Shown here piece by piece: positions 39,712-48,543 of a DNA stretch of 64,000 nucleotides. This stretch comes from a bacterium (lineage in GTDB: Bacteria > UBA8248): the NCBI GenBank assembly GCA_965207065.1, contig OZ242260.1, forward strand, positions 2,880,001 through 2,944,000, in the 5' to 3' direction. How positions within the stretch are numbered: the first letter of the stretch is position 1; each line of letters opens with the position of its first letter. The notes beneath the pieces are model-generated. The model was not told the origin of the DNA, made no database searches, and worked only from the letters and a program-made list of their open reading frames with translations. Position numbers and translations under genes: made by a program.

Positions 39712-41051
39712 GCGAACACTGGCGGCTCTCCTTGAGCGAAGGCTTAAGCAAGATGGAGGAGGGCGCTCTCACCGCGACGGACTGGGTGCGCTCGCTTATA
39801 TCCCGAATCGACGCTTGTGAAGAGCAGGTGAAGGCCTGGGTGCAGGTGGACGCGCAAGGCGCGCTCGAGGCGGCGAAGGCGATAGACGATGCGAGAAGCG
39901 CCGGTGAGGCGTTGGGCCCTCTTGCCGGTGCGCCTTATGCGGCCAAGGATATTTTCGGCATCCGGGGTCTCAAGCTCGAAGCCGGAACGGGGATTTTCGA
40001 GGGACAAACTGCCGCCGAGGACGCCACTTGCGTGGCGCGTCTCAGGAGCGCGGGCGCAATTGCCCTGGGCAAGGCGGTGACGACGCCCTTCGCGCAGGGA
40101 GACCCATCCATCGCCCGCAATCCCTGGAACATCGAGCGAAGCCCGGGCGGGTCGAGCAGCGGTTCCGCCGCCGCCGTGGGCGCGGGCATGGTTCCCGCCG
40201 CGTTCGGCAGCCAGACGACGGGCTCCACGCTTCGCCCCGCCGCCTATTGCGGCGTACCGGGACTGAAACCCACCTATGGACGCATTCCCAGGACGGGCGT
40301 CATCGAAGTTTCATGGAATTTCGATCACCCAGGAATCATCGCGCGCACGGTCGAGGACATCGCAAAGATACTGGAGGTGGCGGCGGGTCCCGATGGCGCG
40401 GATCACTGTGCGGTGCCGTCCCCGCCGCCCGCCTCGAACCAGACACCTAGAAAGCCGGTGAGAATTGCATATTTGAAGCACCTGCTCCCGCTTGCCAGCG
40501 AGGAAGTCGTCGAATGGACCGAGCGGGCCGTATCTCAAGTAAAATCAAAGGGTATCGACGTCCACGAGGTGGAGCTGCCCCTGAGCATGGATGAGATAAA
40601 CGCGGCGCATTTCATCGCCCGATGCGTCGATTCCGCCGCATGCCATGAGGATTTGTACGCGGCGCACAAGGACGAACTGCCGCCTTACGTGCGCAGGAGC
40701 ATGACGATCGGCTACATGGCGCCTGCTGTCCATTACGTGAAGGCGCTGCGCGTGCGGGCGAATTTCACCCGGAAAATGGACGATCTGATGGAGCGCTACG
40801 ATCTGTTCGCCCTGCCGAGTTTCGACGCGGGGCCGCCGCCGTGGGCGGAATCCACCGGCGGGCCGGCCATGTTGCAGCCGCTCACCTTTTCGGGGCAGCC
40901 CGCAATCACCCTGCCTTTGGGGCGCGGGGACATGAACCTTCCCCTGGGAATCCAGTTCGGCGCGATGCGCTGCGGGGAGGAGAAGCTCCTGGCGACCGCG
41001 AAGTGGTTCGAGGACGAGATGGGCTGGCGGGCGGAGTTTCCGGAATTTTAA
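39708..41051 (+). CDS. Amidase signature family protein
   Basis: AKDIF, GKAVTTPFA, SPGGSSSGS and GSQTTGSTLRPAAYCG. Confidence 0.9.
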   Translation: MSEHWRLSLSEGLSKMEEGALTATDWVRSLISRIDACEEQVKAWVQVDAQGALEAAKAIDDARSAGEALGPLAGAPYAAKDIFGIRGLKLEAGTGIFEGQTAAEDATCVARLRSAGAIALGKAVTTPFAQGDPSIARNPWNIERSPGGSSSGSAAAVGAGMVPAAFGSQTTGSTLRPAAYCGVPGLKPTYGRIPRTGVIEVSWNFDHPGIIARTVEDIAKILEVAAGPDGADHCAVPSPPPASNQTPRKPVRIAYLKHLLPLASEEVVEWTERAVSQVKSKGIDVHEVELPLSMDEINAAHFIARCVDSAACHEDLYAAHKDELPPYVRRSMTIGYMAPAVHYVKALRVRANFTRKMDDLMERYDLFALPSFDAGPPPWAESTGGPAMLQPLTFSGQPAITLPLGRGDMNLPLGIQFGAMRCGEEKLLATAKWFEDEMGWRAEFPEF

Positions 41052-41093
41052 GACTGCGCAAATTTTTAAGTTCATGACATCGAGGGGCCTGAA

Positions 41094-42239
41094 ATGAACG
41101 AGACGGGACTTGAACCGGCGGCGCAAGAAACGACGGATGAGGTGAAGCTCAAAATGATAGACGCGGACATTCATCCGCGGATGAACGGCATGTACCAGCT
41201 TCATCCGTATCTTTCCGAGTCGTGGCGCAAGCGCATGGGCGTGGCGCCGCTCAGTTCCGCCAAAGACCCGACCACCGCGCGAAACGTCTTTTCGATACCC
41301 AAACGCTGGTACTACCATCCCCACGGCGCCGAGCGTCCCGACGCCCTGCCGCCAGACGGCGGGAGACCGGGTTCCAGCCTCGACATGCTGCGATCCCACC
41401 ATCTGGATAAATACGGGGTCGACACCGGGGTTCTCATCGCCGGCGATCTGTTCGGCATCGGCGGACTGCCGGACGCCGACATGGCGGCTGCGTTCATCGC
41501 GGCGAACAACGACTGGCTGCTCCACGAATGGTGCGAGCCGGAACCCCGGCTCAAGCTCGCGATTCACGTCGGCCCGCGAGACCCGGGGCTCGCCGTCAAG
41601 GAGATCGAGAGAATCGGCGCGCATCCCGCCGTGGTGCAGGTACAGATTCCGCAGATGGACGTGTTGCTGGGGAACCGCCACTACTACCCCATCTACGAGG
41701 CCGCAGAAGCCATGGGGCTGCCCATCGGGATGCACGGCGCGGGCGAGGGGGCGGGCGTGAACACGCCCATGAACCCCACGGGAATTCCTGCCTATTACAT
41801 CGAGGTTCACACGGGCGCGGTGACGATTGCGCAGTCCCAGGTCATCAGCCTGGTGTGCGAGGGCGTATTCGTGCGCTTCCCGAAACTCAAGGTCGTTTTT
41901 CAGGAGATGGGCTACGCCTGGCTGCCGAGCATCATGTGGCGCTTCGATCAGGAATGGCGCTCACTGCGCGCGGAGGTGCCCTGGCTCGAGCGTCCGCCGA
42001 GTGAATACATCGTCGACCACATCCGGCTGACCACACAGCCCATCGCGGAGCCGCCCACGAACGAGGACCACCGCCAGATTCTCAGGATGGCGAAGGCGGA
42101 AAAGACGCTGCTGTTCGCGTCCGATTATCCGCATTGGGATTTCGACAACCCCCGGCAGGTTTTTCAGGAAGTCTCGGATGAACTGAGGCGCCGCATCTAC
42201 CACGAAAGCGCAGAGGAGCTCTACGGCCACAAGCTTTGA
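41094..42239 (+). CDS. Amidohydrolase_2 superfamily protein, AibH/PtmU3-like (possible dinuclear oxygenase)
   Basis: IDADIH, AANNDWL..EW, YYPIYEAA, GMH, QEMGYAW, TTQP..EP and FASDYPHWDFD. Confidence 0.8.
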   Translation: MNETGLEPAAQETTDEVKLKMIDADIHPRMNGMYQLHPYLSESWRKRMGVAPLSSAKDPTTARNVFSIPKRWYYHPHGAERPDALPPDGGRPGSSLDMLRSHHLDKYGVDTGVLIAGDLFGIGGLPDADMAAAFIAANNDWLLHEWCEPEPRLKLAIHVGPRDPGLAVKEIERIGAHPAVVQVQIPQMDVLLGNRHYYPIYEAAEAMGLPIGMHGAGEGAGVNTPMNPTGIPAYYIEVHTGAVTIAQSQVISLVCEGVFVRFPKLKVVFQEMGYAWLPSIMWRFDQEWRSLRAEVPWLERPPSEYIVDHIRLTTQPIAEPPTNEDHRQILRMAKAEKTLLFASDYPHWDFDNPRQVFQEVSDELRRRIYHESAEELYGHKL

Positions 42240-42254
42240 GGGGGAGATCGTAAT

Positions 42255-42780
42255 AGGGACTGCTGAAAATCCCGATTTCGTTATTCGGCGAGTGTAACCG
42301 ACAGACGAGAGAGAAAGTATTACTCCCCCCTTGAGGGGTCGGGCTTCCCGAGGGGAAAGCCCGATGAAAAAGCCTCGATTCCGTGATTCGGAGTATGGAG
42401 CCGACCAGAGAGGCGGGTTTGGTTTCTCGTAGGGGCGGACCTGTGTGTCTGCCCAATTGCCCGGACGAAAACACGGAAAAATGGGAGAACACACAGGTTC
42501 TCCCCTACGAAAACCGCAAACCCTCCCCCCGTCATTCCGGCGAAAGCCGGAATCCATTTTTACGCCTTTTGCCTTTCTTCAGGGTTCTCGCGCATCGGTG
42601 GGGAAGGAAACGCCGCCGTGAATTCACCCGCATCCGCAAATGGATTCCGGCTTTCGCCGGAATGACGGCCAATAACGGATCACGTGCGGCTACTGGGACA
42701 GGGCGGCCACGGGGGGCCGTCCCTGCGGGTTCGTATTGTTACGTTCGGTTTTTGTAGGGACAGGCCCCTGTGCCTGTCCG
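42255..42780. repeat. Cluster of REP-like palindromes and MITE-end fragments
   Basis: GTAG-type pair at 42428-42454 and 42483-42509. Perfect 31 bp inverted repeat at 42529-42559 and 42638-42668. GTAG-type units at 42701-42726 and 42753-42780. Modules shared with the elements at 33285 and 47951. Confidence 0.8.
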
Positions 42781-42805
42781 AGGTCGCTTGGAATGCCCGC
42801 CGGTA

Positions 42806-43903
42806 TCAAAGATCGAGGCGGAATTTTTGCACCGCCTCCTCGTTCACTTCCACTCCCAGGCCCGGCCCCTCGGGCACCTTGACGACCCCGTCTTTCGCCT
42901 CGAAGCCGGTGACGATGTCCTCATCGTGCCAGGCGGGGGCCTTGCCGGATTCGTTATAGACGATTGAAGGGGTCGAGGCGAAAAGATGCGCGCAGGCGGC
43001 GTCGTTCAGTGCGCTGTGGATCACGCTGCCGCAGATGCCCTCGATGCCGTGGATCTCGATGAGGGCGGCGGCCTTTTTCGCGTGGAGCAGACCGCCCTCG
43101 CGGTTCACCTTCAAATTCACGATGTCGGCGGCGCGCCTGCGGGCGATTTCGGCCAGATAGTCGGGCCGGAACGACTCGTCCGCGCAGATGGGGATGCGCG
43201 TGTTCTTGTTGACGAACTCCAGGCCGTCGAGGTCGTTGCCGGGCACGGGCTGCTCCAGCATGGTGATGCCGTATTCTTCGATGCGCGCGCACATCTGTAT
43301 GGCGAGCTTGGGCGTCCAGCTCATGTTCGCGTCGACGACGATATGGGCCTCATCCCCGGCAGCCTCCCGGGCCGCCGCCACGCGCGCGATGCTCGTCTTC
43401 GTGTCGCGGTTCATCTTCACCTTGAACGACGTGATGCCCAGAGCCATGGATTCCGCCGCGAGCTCGGCGGTTCGCTCGGGTGATTCCAAGGGCAGGATGT
43501 CGAAGGCGGGCATCTCGTCCCTGATTTTTCCGCCCAGGAGATCGTAGACCGGGCATCCCAGCATGCGCCCCAGGAGGTCGTGCACGGCGCAGTCGATTGC
43601 CGCTTTGGGTGAGTAGTGGAAGGGGATGGCCTTTTCCATCTTGTGGACGATGAGTTCCCTGTCGAAGGGGTTGCTATCGGCGACCGCGGGAACGAGGTAT
43701 TCATCGAGAATCTGGTACGCGCTCTTGAGCGTCTCCCCGGTGGGAAACGAGCGCAGCGGCGCCCCGCCCCAGCCGGAAACGCCCTCGCAGGTGATCTTGA
43801 CGACGATGTCTTCTGAATGCGTCGCCATGCGCGTGGCGCTCTTGTAGGGATGGTTGAGCGGGATGGCGACGGGGAAGAGTTCTATTTTCTCGATTTTTCT
43901 CAT
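42806..43903 (-). CDS. Enolase superfamily protein, muconate-lactonizing enzyme/dipeptide epimerase subgroup
   Basis: KVK, DAN, EQP, ADES, NLK and P.GPGLGVE motifs. Confidence 0.88.
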   Translation of the reverse strand: MRKIEKIELFPVAIPLNHPYKSATRMATHSEDIVVKITCEGVSGWGGAPLRSFPTGETLKSAYQILDEYLVPAVADSNPFDRELIVHKMEKAIPFHYSPKAAIDCAVHDLLGRMLGCPVYDLLGGKIRDEMPAFDILPLESPERTAELAAESMALGITSFKVKMNRDTKTSIARVAAAREAAGDEAHIVVDANMSWTPKLAIQMCARIEEYGITMLEQPVPGNDLDGLEFVNKNTRIPICADESFRPDYLAEIARRRAADIVNLKVNREGGLLHAKKAAALIEIHGIEGICGSVIHSALNDAACAHLFASTPSIVYNESGKAPAWHDEDIVTGFEAKDGVVKVPEGPGLGVEVNEEAVQKFRLDL

Positions 43904-43931
43904 TCGTGCTCTCGGCTCCTGTGGCGGGGAA

Positions 43932-44330
43932 TCAGACGTGCAGCATCACCAGGTCTTTTTCGAGCGTGACCTCATACGTCTCGATGGAGGGGTCTTCTTC
44001 CGCCTCGAGCGTGACCTCATAGGTTTTGACGCGCATTTTGTGGGGATTGAAGACCGAGCGCCCGTTCGTGATGTCGAACTCCCAGCAATGCCAGGGACAC
44101 ACGAGAACCTGCTCGTCCATCACGTAGTCATAGGTATGGGGCCTGGATGACTTCATGGTCCCCTTGACCTTGCCGAGACACAGCGGCGCGCCCTGGTGCG
44201 GACAGGAGTTCCTGACCGCGTAGAGGGAATTCTTGATGTTGAACACGCCGATGGAGCGGCCTTCGACCTCGACTATCTTCCGCTCACCGGGGGGCAAGTC
44301 CGATATTTTGCACACCATGTGTTTCGCCAT
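43932..44330 (-). CDS. Rieske [2Fe-2S] ferredoxin
   Basis: CPHQGAPL and CPWH.WEF separated by a long insert. Confidence 0.9.
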   Translation of the reverse strand: MAKHMVCKISDLPPGERKIVEVEGRSIGVFNIKNSLYAVRNSCPHQGAPLCLGKVKGTMKSSRPHTYDYVMDEQVLVCPWHCWEFDITNGRSVFNPHKMRVKTYEVTLEAEEDPSIETYEVTLEKDLVMLHV

Positions 44331-44347
44331 GCGCGATTCGCCCCGCT

Positions 44348-45175
44348 TTAGCCTTGCGCCGCCGTGGCCGCCGCCTTTTCCCGCAACATCTCCTCGAGCT
44401 TCGGCATGGCCCGCACCGACGCGTAGCGCGCGTGCTGGCCGCTCTGGGTGGAGAGGCTCCGCTTCGAACCCTTCGGGATGTGGATGATGGAGCCGGGACC
44501 CGCTTGCTGCCGGTCGTCGTCCACCTGGGCGTCGATGACTCCCTTGATGACGTAGACGAATTGCTCGTGCGCGTTCTCGGCCGTCTGATCTTCAAAGCCC
44601 TCGGGAATCTCGCCGTAGCCGAACGCGAGGCGCTCGCCTTCGATCCACACGGTGTGGCGTCCCGAAGATGCGGGCGCGTCCAGGGAGGGGAGTATCGGGT
44701 AATAGGAGTTGTTCAGGCCCTCGACGATGATTTCCGATCTCTCGGCGTCTCTTTCGAATTCTTCAGCGGTGCCTTCCTCGTATCGCTGGTTGATTTCTTC
44801 GACGGTGAGCGCCTTGTCCGGCACCACCTGGTCCCTGTCGAGTCCCACGACCGTCCAGGAGCGGTCCTTCACGTAGAGGTAGTCCATGTCGCCGTCTTCG
44901 GTGGCGCCCATCTGATGCTGCGCGTATGCGGGCACGTGAACGAATGTGCCCGGCGTGACGACCCTTCTGTCCTTTCCGACGAGGGCGTTGATTTTACCGC
45001 TAACGGGGAAAATCATGAGTTCGTTGGGGTGATAGTGTATCTGCGAACCCGTGCCGGCCACCTTGCTGACCTGGCAAAAATACATGTATTCCCCCTCGAT
45101 GATGGAACCCTGACCGGAGGAGAGATGGGGGGTAACGGCTTTTTTCTCTATTTCATCGAAACGATGGAACGGCAT
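44348..45175 (-). CDS. Two-domain cupin protein
   Basis: HYHPNE...HVPAYAQH in domain 1. Degenerate HEQF...IHIPKG in domain 2. Confidence 0.78.
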   Translation of the reverse strand: MPFHRFDEIEKKAVTPHLSSGQGSIIEGEYMYFCQVSKVAGTGSQIHYHPNELMIFPVSGKINALVGKDRRVVTPGTFVHVPAYAQHQMGATEDGDMDYLYVKDRSWTVVGLDRDQVVPDKALTVEEINQRYEEGTAEEFERDAERSEIIVEGLNNSYYPILPSLDAPASSGRHTVWIEGERLAFGYGEIPEGFEDQTAENAHEQFVYVIKGVIDAQVDDDRQQAGPGSIIHIPKGSKRSLSTQSGQHARYASVRAMPKLEEMLREKAAATAAQG

Positions 45176-45422
45176 CCGGTAAACTCCTTTTCTGACGAAA
45201 ATATCCCTACATTCGTTTTCGGTGATTCAAGGCAATTCGCCGCCGGGAATCAAAAAAATTATTGTTGTCAGGTTTGTTGAACCCAAGGCGCGAATGTTAC
45301 CCTTTCCCGTCGCGTCTGACAATTTATGTTCGACAATAAATGAGGCGCTCCCCGGCATTTTCCTGGCGGTGGGCGCGATCCTGGATTCTTAACGGCACTT
45401 ATCAAACATACTGGAGATGGAT

Positions 45423-46424
45423 ATGGCGGATGAAAAAGTTCGGTTGGCGTCGATTGGTCTGGCCAACTGGGGAACCATGCTTGGGAATGCCGCGAAAAGG
45501 GCGGGGAACGTGGAAATTACCCGGTGTTTTACGAGAACCGAATCGTCGCGCGAGGAATTTGCGGAGAAATTCGGTTGCCGCCCGGCGGCGTCTTTTGAGG
45601 AAGTCCTGAAAGACAGCGAGGTGGAGGGAATCCTCATCGCCACGCCCCATTCCACGCATACGGACCTGATTACGCAGGCCGCATCCGCAGGCAAGCACGT
45701 TTTCGTGGAAAAGCCGCTCACGCTGACGGTGGCCGATGCGGACAAGTGCATCGACGCCACTGAAAAAGCAGGCGTTACGCTACTGGTCGGGCACCACAGA
45801 AGGCGGCAGGGAGCGAACCGCCGGATACGGGCGATGATAGACGAAGGCGCTCTGGGGATGGTTCACGCACTGGAAGCGAATCTCTCCAACCCCAACGGGC
45901 AGAACCCGAGAAGCGGCTGGCGGAACGACCCGGCGGAGTGCCCGGCGGGGGGCATGACGGGGCTGGGCGTCCACATGGTGGACAATCTCCAGTACCTGGC
46001 CGGCCCCGTGAAGCGGGTGAGCGCGTTCAGCAAGCAACTGTTCGCCGCGGGCAATCTCGATGACGTGACGAACATCATCCTCGAATACGAGAGCGGCCCG
46101 CTCGGCTACATCACCACCTGCTACGTCACGCCCAAGCAGTGCACGACCTCGGCCCACGGCACGGAAGGCTCCGCATGGAGCGAGGACGAGGGGGAGCGGC
46201 TCTATCTCCAGAAAAAAGGCGAGAATGAAAGGAGCGAGCTCTCCGTGGACGGCGGCGATGCGCTCGCCGAAGAAATACAGGAGTTCGGCAAGTGCATACG
46301 GGGCGAAGCCACGCCCGAGACGGACGGAAGAGCCGCGCGGGAAGTCGTGGCCGTTCTGGAGTCTATCGTCGAGAGCGCCAAGAGCGGGCGCGTGGTCGAT
46401 GTTTCCGAGATCAGAGGACAATAA
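45423..46424 (+). CDS. Gfo/Idh/MocA family oxidoreductase
   Basis: ATPHSTH, GKHVFVEKP, VGH.RR and GVHMVD. Confidence 0.88.
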   Translation: MADEKVRLASIGLANWGTMLGNAAKRAGNVEITRCFTRTESSREEFAEKFGCRPAASFEEVLKDSEVEGILIATPHSTHTDLITQAASAGKHVFVEKPLTLTVADADKCIDATEKAGVTLLVGHHRRRQGANRRIRAMIDEGALGMVHALEANLSNPNGQNPRSGWRNDPAECPAGGMTGLGVHMVDNLQYLAGPVKRVSAFSKQLFAAGNLDDVTNIILEYESGPLGYITTCYVTPKQCTTSAHGTEGSAWSEDEGERLYLQKKGENERSELSVDGGDALAEEIQEFGKCIRGEATPETDGRAAREVVAVLESIVESAKSGRVVDVSEIRGQ

Positions 46425-46426
46425 GG

Positions 46427-47446
46427 GTGAGTCGAGATTCGTGGGAAATCGGGGGCGTGGAAGTGGCCGCAGGCTCCTATGAATACGTGAAAATACCGGT
46501 GGCGCAGATGCTCACCGGCTCAGAAACCGGCCTGCCCTTTCATTGCGTGAGGGGGGAGAAACCCGGCCCCACGCTTTCCGTTCTGGCGTGCGTCCACGGG
46601 GATGAGCCGCAGCCGATTCGCGCGTTTCAGAACGTGCTGGCGCAAATCGACCGCGCGCAATTGAGCGGCGCCCTGTTGGTGGTACCGGTGGCGAACCCGT
46701 TCGCCTTTGCGAATTTCTCGCGGCAATCGCCCGATCAGCACGAGCAGACGAACCTCTGGGGCGCGTTTCCGGGTTCGGCCAAGGGGACGCTGACGCAGCG
46801 CTACGCGCACAAGATTCGCGAACTCCTGATTGAGGGTGCGGATTATCTCGTGGAATGTCATTCCGGCGGTGCGTCGGGGAGAATCCAGAGGCGCGTGGAC
46901 ATGGACCCGGACATCGAAGGCGCGGCAGGTGAAAAATCGCGCGAGATGGCGATTGCATTCGCAAGCGGGGGCGCGGGCCTGGTGCACGGCGTGCCCTTCA
47001 GCAAATCGAGCGCATCGGGTTATGCGCTCGCGCAGGGGATACCGGCCATAAGCGTTGAGATTGGCGGCGCCTATCTGCCCGAGTGCGAGGAGAACCTCTA
47101 CCGGGAGAACCTGGAGGAGGGGTTCTTGAACCTGCTCGTTCACCTCGGGATGCTCCCCGGGGAGGAGAAGAGATTGAGGATCACCTATTTCGGTTTCGCT
47201 AATCGAGCCGAGGCGAATCCCTCGAGCGGCGGATACCTCATCTCGCGGAAAACGCACTTCGCAGACTTGGGCGCCAAAGTGAGCGAAGGGGAGCTTCTGG
47301 GTGAAATGCTGGATCCGTTCTCCCTGGAGGTAGTGGAGGAACTGCGCAGTCCCGCCGACGGGGTGCTCTTTTTCAGCAGGTGCAGCGGGCCGTTCGAGGT
47401 GGGGAACAAGGGGTTCGCCGTCGCCACTGAATACCGGGAAATATGA
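46427..47446 (+). CDS. Succinylglutamate desuccinylase/aspartoacylase (M14) family deacylase
   Basis: HGDE, VPVANP, FPGS.KGT, CHSGG and VEIGG, plus a C-terminal SPADG barrel. GTG start. Confidence 0.82.
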   Translation: MSRDSWEIGGVEVAAGSYEYVKIPVAQMLTGSETGLPFHCVRGEKPGPTLSVLACVHGDEPQPIRAFQNVLAQIDRAQLSGALLVVPVANPFAFANFSRQSPDQHEQTNLWGAFPGSAKGTLTQRYAHKIRELLIEGADYLVECHSGGASGRIQRRVDMDPDIEGAAGEKSREMAIAFASGGAGLVHGVPFSKSSASGYALAQGIPAISVEIGGAYLPECEENLYRENLEEGFLNLLVHLGMLPGEEKRLRITYFGFANRAEANPSSGGYLISRKTHFADLGAKVSEGELLGEMLDPFSLEVVEELRSPADGVLFFSRCSGPFEVGNKGFAVATEYREI

Positions 47447-47514
47447 CAAACCGCGCATAAGCGCGATTTTATCTATGGGCCTTTGAAGGACAGATTTGGA
47501 GGAAACGCAAGAAA

Positions 47515-47949
47515 ATGCCTTTTTACGAACCCGAAACGATGGAGCAAAGACTGGCGGGGGCGAGCTACAGCACCTCCGAGGGCGTGTGGGTCGATGGCGA
47601 GCGCGTCATTTTCGGCATCATCAACAAGCCAGCGGGCACGGGCAGCAGGCCCCATCGCCATGCGAACGAGCAGTTCATCCTCGTGCAGCAGGGCAGCCTG
47701 AAGGCGATGATCGACGGCGAGCGGAAAACGGTCGGCGCGGGGGGCATCATCCACATACCGGCGAATTCGCTCCACAGCATGGTGGCCACCGATGATGAGG
47801 ACGTCATTTTCATCGTGGCGAAGGATACGGCCTGGCAGATCGAGGGAGTCCCCGAGGATGATTCCTCTTATGGCGCGTACATCGGCGAGGGCGCTGACGA
47901 GAGCGTGGCCGCCCGGTTTCGGGGTATTGCCGAGAAAGGCTCCGAATAA
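47515..47949 (+). CDS. Cupin domain protein
   Basis: PHRHANEQF and HIPANSLH. RBS GGAGG. Confidence 0.85.
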   Translation: MPFYEPETMEQRLAGASYSTSEGVWVDGERVIFGIINKPAGTGSRPHRHANEQFILVQQGSLKAMIDGERKTVGAGGIIHIPANSLHSMVATDDEDVIFIVAKDTAWQIEGVPEDDSSYGAYIGEGADESVAARFRGIAEKGSE

Positions 47950-47950
47950 A

Positions 47951-48248
47951 GGGGTTGGTGAAAAAGACCTGGTTTCGAGACCGGGCGCATATTACCTACC
48001 GGGGAGAGAGAAGGAATACTCCCCCCTTGAGGGGGAGTCGAAGAGGCCGAGCGGTTTATGCGAAGGCCGATTCGGTGGGGGGACATGCCACGGATAAAAG
48101 CTCCCCCCACCAACTCGCCTGCGGGCTTCGCCCTTGTCTCGTTGACTCCCCCTCAAGGGGGGAGTGAATGTTTATCTCGCGAGTGATGGGATGGCCCTCA
48201 GAGGAGTGAAACGTAGCGCTTCTTCTGTGGGGTTTTTCCGCAGCCCCC
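47951..48248. mobile_element. Putative MITE (about 298 bp) with an internal palindromic pair
   Basis: Ends GGGGTTGGTGAAAAA and TTTTTCCGCAGCCCC (imperfect inverted repeat), flanked by ATAAA on both sides. Internal perfect 22 bp inverted repeat at 48018-48039 and 48144-48165. Confidence 0.55.
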
Positions 48249-48391
48249 ATAAAGCGGTGATTGACTAAAGTGCAAGAAAACCGATCGCGTCAATCCCCGG
48301 TGAAGGAGGAGTGTCAGGAATTGCGGAATAAGGCGGTTTTCGCGCGCCTGATTCCGCAACACGGAAAACACGTAAATTTTGTCCGAAGATT

Positions 48392-48420
48392 TTGACTTGA
48401 TATCCTATTTTTGCAAGAAT
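48392..48420 (+). promoter_or_regulatory. Possible sigma70 promoter for the ABC permease
   Basis: TTGACT-N17-AAGAAT. Confidence 0.35.
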
Positions 48421-48543
48421 GCCCGAAATTCGGACCTGAGCCGCAATGAACCACACAGAACAGACGGGATAATCCCATGGCTTCGGCTATGGACTCATTG
48501 TATATGAATTATTTTGAAATTCGTATGATTTGGGAGGCTGTTG

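Noticed and set aside
42255-42780. CRISPR array
   Set aside because: The repeats are inverted and heterogeneous, not regularly spaced direct repeats, and no cas genes are present.
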